Assembly: GCA_964016885.1 (NCBI GenBank)
Contig: OZ024745.1
Location: 8,680,001 to 8,744,000 of the forward strand
From: Eledone cirrhosa
Lineage: Eukaryota
Length of the DNA stretch: 64,000 nucleotides
Direction: 5' to 3'
Below are positions 56,195-64,000 of the stretch, piece by piece. Position 1 is the stretch's first letter. The number at the start of each line of letters is the position of its first letter. The notes below the pieces were generated by a model, which saw only the letters and a list, made by a program, of their open reading frames with translations, did no database searches and was not told where the DNA came from. The translations under genes were made by a program, and so were the position numbers.

Positions 56195-56384
56195 TTAGAA
56201 AGTGAACAACACAAAAAATATAACTACTCCATTACCAAAGGTTTCTGGATCTCAGACAATATTAATATACGTCTGAATCGGTCATCAGACAGATGTTACC
56301 GATCCAGACGTATATTAATATTGTCTGGGATCCAGAAACCTTTGGTAATGGAGTAGTTATATTTTTTGTGTTGTTCACTTTCTA
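56195..56384. mobile_element. Fold-back pLTR-like remnant (~87-bp arms) with a hammerhead
   Basis: 56195-56282 is the reverse complement of 56298-56384; abuts (TA)n. Confidence 0.85.
56228..56293 (-). ncRNA. Minimal type-I hammerhead ribozyme
   Basis: tctgt-CTGATGA-stem II (tcagac/gtctga)-GAAA-CCTTTGG-TA-atgga. Confidence 0.7.
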
Positions 56385-56419
56385 ATATATATATATATAA
56401 GCATCATAGCTACCATCAA

Positions 56420-56456
<37 letters not shown>

Positions 56457-56820
56457 AATAAAAGATGAATATAAAATGAAAGTGCTTTTTTTTAAAAAGG
56501 AATTTATTAGGTATTGACATATGTTTCTGTAACAGACGGAATACCTATGTATCGCTGCTTGCGTAATCATATAATGTTAGCAAGTATTCGATAGCAAATG
56601 TATAATCAGTTGTCACTTCTTCAGAGATATTGGATAAATTGGAAAAAATCAGAAAAATTGAAGTATTTATATTAGTTATAATAAAGGAAGAAGAGAGGGG
56701 ATAGTATATGACAGATGGCAATTCTATTTACTGGTAAATAGAATTTTTATATATATATATATATATAATGGAAAATTTGAACAGGAACAAAACAGAGAGG
56801 CAGTTGGGGTGGTGGTGGGG

Positions 56821-56854
56821 AACGACGTTTCGGGCATAAGCCCTTCTTCAGGTG
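56821..56854 (-). ncRNA. Minimal hammerhead-like motif of the common PLE pLTR type
   Basis: CTGAAGA-a-gggc/gccc-GAAACGTC; stem I poor. Confidence 0.55.
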
Positions 56855-56977
56855 AAAAGTGTGTGGGAAGAGAGTTCAAAGGGTGTGTAGGGGAGTGGTG
56901 GAGAGACATATAGCGAAAAGGGGGTGGGAGGAAACGGTGCGAATGAAATTAAAAATAAAAATAAAAGCATGATCAAA

Positions 56978-57059
<82 letters not shown>

Positions 57060-57280
57060 TAAACCACCCGTGATCTGTTGGGAAAGGTTCACTTAAAAAT
57101 AATTTAAAATAATTTTTAAATAATTAAAATATACACAGACATGTATATAATGTAAGATGATATAGGAAGGCTCATATATATATGTGTGTGTACATATATA
57201 TGTATGTGTGTGTGTGTGCTTATATATTTCATTCAACAACACCACCAACTCTCTCGCTCTTCGATTTTCCTTCTCTGTCT

Positions 57281-57388
<108 letters not shown>

Positions 57389-57849
57389 CTGCGTATCTGG
57401 GAACCCGTGCTCTGATTTATGCGAAACTTTTTTTATTCCATTTGTATCCCCATTTCAAAGGTAACCTCCTTTCAAAGTATTCTCCTATTATGTGCCGTTT
57501 TGGCTCTATTAAATTACAGACAAGCACAGAGGTTTAGGAGATAGATAGATAGATTCAAAATAAATAAACACCACCAACACCACCACCACCACCACCACCA
57601 CCACCACCACCACCACCACCACCACCACCACCACCACCACCACCACCACCACCCTCCACCACCACATATTTTAAACTCCTGTCAAATAATTCAACAAAAG
57701 CATACCACCAAAAAAAGAAAGATCACCCCACACCCCAGGGGTTAAACGGTGGGGGAGAGGATGGAGAATTTTGTCGTTATTTACAGAAGTTGAAAACATT
57801 TGTTGTTTCAAAGTAAAAAATATTGTAGTGGGATATAGAGAAGGAGAGA

Positions 57850-58605
57850 GATTTTGGTGGTTTAGTGAGAGGGTAGTGTGAGAGTGAGGTATGTAGTGGA
57901 ATATAGAGAGTGGGGAGAATTTGGTGGTCTAGTGAGAGGGGGAATTGTGAGAGAGAGAGTGAGGTATGCAATGGTATATAGAGAGCGGGAGAGAATTTGT
58001 TAGTTTAGTGAGAGGGTATTGTGAGAGTGAGAGAGAGTGAGGTATGTAGTGGAATATAAAGAGGAGGAGAAACTTTGATTGTTTAGTGAGAGAGTAGGAA
58101 TTAAGAGAGTAAGGTTTGTAGTGGAATATATAGAGAGTGGGGGAGAGAATTTGGTAGTTTAGTGAGAGAGAGTGAATTGTGAAAGAGAGTGAGGTATGTA
58201 GTAGGATATAGAGAGGGGGAGAGTTTATTGGCCTGGTGAGAGAGGGGGTATTGTGAGAGAGAGAGAGGTATGGCGTAGTATAGAGAGGGGGAGATTGATT
58301 GGTGGTCTAGTGAGTGAGGGGAAATTATGAGAGCGTGATGTATGTAGTGGTATATAGAGAGCGGGAGAGAATTTGTTGGTCTAGAGAGAGGGGGGAGTTC
58401 AGTGCGTGGAAGAGAGTGAGTTGTGTAGTAGAATATAGAGAGAGGGAGAGAATGTGTTGTTCTAGTGAGAGAGGGGAAATTGTGAGAGAGTGAGGTATGT
58501 AGTGGGATATACTGGGTGGCAGAGAATTTGGTGTTTTAGTGAGAGAGGGGTAATTGTGAGAATGATAGAGAGTGAGGTGTGTTATGGTTTATAGAGAGGG
58601 GGAGA
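57850..58605. repeat. Purine-rich minisatellite (~65-70-bp diverged unit), bracketed by a ~100-bp direct repeat (57392-57493 and 58634-58730)
   Basis: Recurrent GAGAGTGAGGTATGTAGTGG...TAGTGAGAG. Confidence 0.85.
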
Positions 58606-58856
58606 ATTTTTATGAAGGTACCCGGAAAAACCCCGTATCTCGCGAACCCGTACTCCGATTTTCGCGAAACTTATTCTATTTGTATTCTCATTTCAGCGGC
58701 AACTTCTTTTCAAAGTATTTTCCCATTATGTGTGTGCGTGTGTATATATATATACACATATATATATAATATATTTCTAAAAATATGAATGTATGTATAT
58801 ATATATTGGGAGAGGAAATACTGTATATATTTTATCTAATGATTCTTTGTACTTAA

Positions 58857-58910
<54 letters not shown>

Positions 58911-58914
<4 letters not shown>

Positions 58915-59106
58915 CGAAGGAATTGTGGTAAGGAACCAGATGGACCATAACGCACCAGAGTACTCAATACTTAGGGTAGTAGAGTGGGTAATAGGAAAAA
59001 GTATGACCCCGACGGCAGAACTCAAGCCGTTTCGACGGCTATTTCTGGACTCCAGAAATACCCGTCGAAACGGCTTGAGCTCTGCCGTCGGGGTCATACT
59101 TTTTCT
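58911..59106 (-). mobile_element. Solo family-B pLTR end with ~55-bp fold-back, in (TA)n
   Basis: Similar to 36615-36755; arms 58994-59049 and 59051-59106. Confidence 0.88.
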
Positions 59107-59718
59107 TATATATATATATATTTGTATATATATACATGTGTGTGTGTGTTTGTATATATATGTATGTATATATGCGTGCGTGTATGCGTGCATGTGTGTG
59201 TGTTTCTCTGCATGTATATATATTCATCTAAAAACTCCATACAACACAACTCAACATTTAATATTTACATTCCTTTTAAACTTCACTATACCATATACAT
59301 TCAACTATCAATATGACAATCCCCTTCTTCCTAATAGATTCTTTATAGCAATTCTATTAACACCATTCAACCATTCCTTTCAAAGGGTCATGACCTCAAC
59401 TAAAGTGAATTATTTTTCATCTTAACATCATATGAAAAAAAACAATCTGATTGGTTTGTTCTTCAGCTACCTCCAAATAAGGTCATAGAACTCAATTTAC
59501 TACTAATTTACTACTAATTTTGAATAAAATTCTCATTGCTTTTGACAACAGCTGGTGATATAAATGTAAGTAAATATTTTCCTTATCTGATATTTTGTAA
59601 CTAACCTTACATAGATCGATAACGAAGTATGGTTGCGATGTATTATCACCACCTAGAAACGATCGTAAAGCAGTGAAGTATATTTCTTATGACTTGATTT
59701 TTTATTTCATTGTTTTAA

Positions 59719-59833
<115 letters not shown>

Positions 59834-59841
59834 TATACGCT

Positions 59842-62170
59842 GCTAGACCACAGAGACAACTACGAAAATCTTGTGAAAATTCATACTTATAAACCTACTT
59901 TTAAAATTTTCAAAATAAAGTGTTGTGGTGTCGTTCATGTCTTTCTTAATGCTATTGCTCCTACTTAATGTCGACTTCAAAATTATTTGGGTGTTCCATA
60001 CATTACAGATAGAATGAAGGGGACCCACCTACATATAGAATGAAGGGGGCTCACCTACATTTAGAATGAAGGGACCCACGTACATCTAGAATGAATGGAG
60101 CCCACCTACATATAGAATGCTATCATTTAATTTTTATAATGAATAAATAACATTTTCGAAAAATACATAAGTGGAAACAAAACAGTGCAATCAAATTTTT
60201 GCGGCAAAATATCTTACCTTCTCCAATAAAATATATTATGCATTTTCCGAAATCCAGAGACTTTCAATAATGACCAGTAGTCGACCCTAAATATTACTAA
60301 TAGCTCTAGGAAAGCCATAAATGACACATGTTTTAACTTTGATTTTGAAAGTAGGTTTATAATTATCAATTTTCATTACACTTTTGTAGCTGTCTCGGTG
60401 GCTTAATTAGGGGAATCATAGACGGTGGTGATCGTGGTTTGAAGTTCGATCCACGTCGGAAGTAGGGTTTCCAGTAAACCTTTTCAGTTTTTTTCTATTG
60501 GTTGTAAAATAAAAACTGAAAAAGCTTACACGTACGGCTTGACGAGGATTGAACCCAAGGCCAGGATCTCTACCGCCTCTAGTACCTACCGCTAGGCCAC
60601 AGAGACAACTACGAAAATCTAGTGAAAATTCATACTTATAAACCTACTTTCAAAATTTTTAAAATAAAGTGTTGTGATGTCGTTCATGTCTTTCTTAATG
60701 TTATTGCTCCTACTTAAAGTCGACTTCAAAATCATTTGGGTGTTCCATAAACTACATATAGAATGAAGGGGACCCACCTACATATAGAATGAAGGAGGCC
60801 CAACTACATATAGAATGAAGGAGGCCCAACTACATATAGAATGAAGGGGACCCTCCTACATATAGAATGAAGGGGACCCTCCTACATATAGAATGAAGGG
60901 ACCCACCTACAGATAGAATGAAGGGGACTCACCTACATATAGAATGAAGGGGACCCTCCTACATATAGAATGAAGGGGACCCACCTACATATAGAATGAA
61001 GGGGGCCCACCTACATATAGAATGTTTTTTCTATGGGTTGTAAAATAATAACTGAAAAAGCTTGCATGTACCTCTTGACGAGGATTGAACCCAAGGGCAT
61101 AATCGGCACCATCTCTAGCACCTACCACTAGGCCACAGAGACAACTACTAAAATCTTGTGAAAATTCGTACTTATAAACCTACTTTCAAAATTTTCAAAA
61201 CAAAGTGCAGTTCATGTCTTTCTTAATATTATTGCTCCTACTTAAGGTCGACTTAAAAATCATTTGGGAGTTCCATAAACTACATATAGAATGAAAGGGC
61301 CCACCTACATATAGAATGAAGGGGACCCTCCTACATATAGAATGAAGGAGGTCCAACTACATATAGAATGAAGGGACCCCTCCTACATATAGAATGAAGA
61401 GGGCCCACCTGCATATAGAGCGAAGCGGACCCACCTACATATAGAATGAAGCGGGCCTATCTTCATATAGAACGAAGAGGACCCACCTACATATAAAATG
61501 AAGGGGGCCCACCTACACATAGAATGAATAGGGCCCACCTACATATAGAATGAATAGGGCCCACCTACATATAGAATGAAGGGGACCCACCTACATATAG
61601 AATGAAGGGGACCCTCCTGCATATAGAATGAAGGGGGCCCACCTACATATAGAATGAAGGGGGCCCACCTACATATAGAATGCTATCATTTAATTTTTAT
61701 AATGAATAAATAACATTTTCGAAAAATACATAAGTGGAAACAAAACAGTGCAATGAAATTATTCGGAAAAATATCTTTCCTTCTCCAATAAAAATATTAT
61801 GTATTTTGCGAAATACAGAGACTTTCCATAATGACCAGAAGTCAACCCTAAATATTACTAATAGCTCTTTTGAAAGTAGGTTTAGAATTATCAATTTTCT
61901 TTACCCTTTTGTAGCTGTCTAGGTTGCCTTGTTGGAGGAATCATAGACGGTGGTGATTCTGGTCTGAAGTTCGATCCTGGTCGGGAGTAGGGTTTCCAGT
62001 AAACCTTTTCAGTTTTTTTATATGGGTTGTAGAATAAAAACTGTAAAAGTTTACATGTACCTCTCGACCAGGATTGAACTCAAGGACAGGATATCCACCG
62101 TCTCTAGCACCTACCACTAGGCCACAGAGACAACTACGGAAATTTTATGAAAATTCATACTTATAAACAT
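59842..62170. repeat. Composite satellite: ~300-bp units with tRNA-like heads in both orientations, separated by 26-bp minisatellite arrays
   Basis: CTAGGCCACAGAGACAACTAC recurs near 59842, 60592, 61128 and 62117; (CTACATATAGAATGAAGGGGACCCAC)n at 60003-60118, 60751-61024 and 61280-61682. Confidence 0.9.
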
Positions 62171-62382
62171 ATCTATATTTTAACCTGCAATCCATGTTTC
62201 ATTTCTGTTCCATCTCATTTCTCCCCTCCTCTCTTTCTCTCTCTCACTCTCTCAATCTCTCTCCGTCTCTCTCTTTCTCTCTGTAACATTTGAATTTACT
62301 ATGATTTGAGCTTACCTTATTCCTATATATATGTTTTGTTTAGATTCAAAGTTACAAGGATTGGCATTATATATATATATAC

Positions 62383-62412
<30 letters not shown>

Positions 62413-62414
<2 letters not shown>

Positions 62415-62631
62415 CAATATATTAACAAATGGAAACTATATTTATAAAACCATATTTATTTCATTATACATATTTCAAGGCCCTTGAAATATGTATAATG
62501 AAATAAATATGGTTTTATAAATATAATTTCCATTTGTTAATATATTGTATATTTACTCCAATAATTTGTTGAGTGCTTTATTTATAAAAATATTTTGCTT
62601 GTTGTATCCCAACAAATTAAATATAACCTCT

Positions 62632-62633
<2 letters not shown>
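62413..62633 (+). mobile_element. Fold-back family-A pLTR end (palindrome 62413-62545)
   Basis: Near-perfect palindrome centred at ~62480, related to 31778-31930. Confidence 0.88.
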
Positions 62634-62695
<62 letters not shown>

Positions 62696-62750
62696 GTGAG
62701 GTTTTTTTTACAAAATGAAAAATAACCGAGGTGTCCTACACGAGTGAAAG

Positions 62751-62844
62751 TATAAAGAAAAAAAGATGAAATCGAAAATGCAACTGGAGTCTTATTTTAA
62801 AAAAAAATAAGACTCCAGTTGCATTTTCGATTTCATCTTTTTTT

Positions 62845-62851
<7 letters not shown>
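62751..62851. repeat. About 100-bp near-perfect palindrome between (TA)n tracts
   Basis: GATGAAATCGAAAATGCAACTGGAGTCTTATTTT / AAAATAAGACTCCAGTTGCATTTTCGATTTCATC. Confidence 0.9.
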
Positions 62852-62927
<76 letters not shown>

Positions 62928-62999
62928 CATATATACATATATACAGTGGGGGACTAGGTCTAAAAATATTGGTTGCCCTCACACATTTATATACAATTA

Positions 63000-63580
63000 T
63001 CTATATCTATATATCTATAATATAAAAAATTTGAATTTCCAATATCCTTTTGAGAAACGTGGACCCGCTACTTCTATGCAATGGCACACACTCTACAGCC
63101 AGGAGGATGATAAACCATCTCCTAGAGGTCACTATTCTTGGAGACAATGATCAAGGAGAAAATGCATTTATTCCCAAGATTCCTCTTATCCCTTCCTCTA
63201 CTGAGCTGTTATTCAAATTCTCAAGACTTTAGTTCCCTGTTAGAACCAGTTTTGCTATGACCATAAAGAAAGCTCAGACCCAGAGTTTCAAAGTTGTATA
63301 ATTGAATACAAGGGAATAGCTTTTTACCCACGGACAGATAAATGTAGGTTGTTCACGAGTGGAAACACCTAGAAATCTTTATATACTATGGATGAACGGT
63401 AAAACGAAGAATCTGGTGCATCTGGAAGATTTTTTTTACTGTTTATTTTTTTGTAAAACACACACACCACGGTCTAGCCTCATACTGTAAACCAGACAAA
63501 CATCCAGTACAGTCATTTTCTCTTCTACCTATCTTCTCTTATCATCTGTTTACCCGGGCGAAGCTGGGTACGTCGGCTAG
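63000..63580 (+). mobile_element. Helitron deletion derivative (PIF1 helicase C-terminus, 3' hairpin + CTAG)
   Basis: LRNVDP..LCNGT, FIPKIPLIPS, FPVRTSFAMTI.KAQ.QS, FTHGQ..VGCSRV; CCCGGGCGAAGCTGGG...CTAG at 63553-63580. Confidence 0.85.
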
Positions 63581-64000
63581 TATGATATATTATAGAGACA
63601 GCTTTAGGTTAAGTCATAATATAATATATTATATTATAGACAATTTTAGATTAAGTCATACTATAAGAATGTAATAGGGGTGGTTTGTGTCTTAACAGTA
63701 GAAGACATAAGGATAAATGGATCTACATCGGTATCGGCGACGAATGATTCCAGTTGTTCAGTCAACGGAACAGCCTACGTATTAACGTGTATGAATAAAT
63801 AAATATACTGGGTCATGAGAAAGCGAGGGGCTGTTGGTATCACGATCGTAAAGTCTTGAGTTCGATTTCTGGACCCATCAGCGTGTTGAGAAAGTCACTT
63901 TATTTCAGGTTGCTCCATTCTGCTTAACTAGAAAAAATGAGTTGCAACAATACTGATGCTAAACTGTATAACGTATATGACAGGTGTACCGTTAACGTAA

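Noticed and set aside
60003-61682. CRISPR-like 26-bp repeats (also the 37-bp repeats at 23035-23190)
   Set aside because: Head-to-tail with no unique spacers, no cas genes, eukaryotic context

Overview
AT-rich, microsatellite-dense animal genomic DNA; the SINE and LINE families suggest a cephalopod (octopus-like) mollusc, which is inference. There is one host gene, a two-exon GT32 (DXD) glycosyltransferase on the minus strand. The rest is transposon-derived. It is dominated by Penelope-like elements (PLEs: RT, CxCx5C linker, C-terminal GIY-YIG; Hydra-clade-like) inserted in (TA)n. These comprise two young, nearly complete inverted-plus-direct complexes (23.7-31.9 kb, 36.6-43.3 kb), two decayed ones, and about ten short fold-back pLTR remnants. 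By eye, the pLTRs and remnants carry about 18 type-I hammerhead ribozyme motifs from several families, including a U3-A8 core variant and versions with long loop-II insertions. Also present: a TRIM-like mini LTR element whose primer-binding site matches the whole 3' half of tRNA-Trp, nested in a CRE-like LINE; L1/Tx1, RTE, RTE-X and CR1 LINE remnants; a Tigger transposon; Helitron remnants; tRNA-SINEs; and a composite tRNA-like satellite. Boundaries were read by hand and may be off by a few nt (more for decayed elements).
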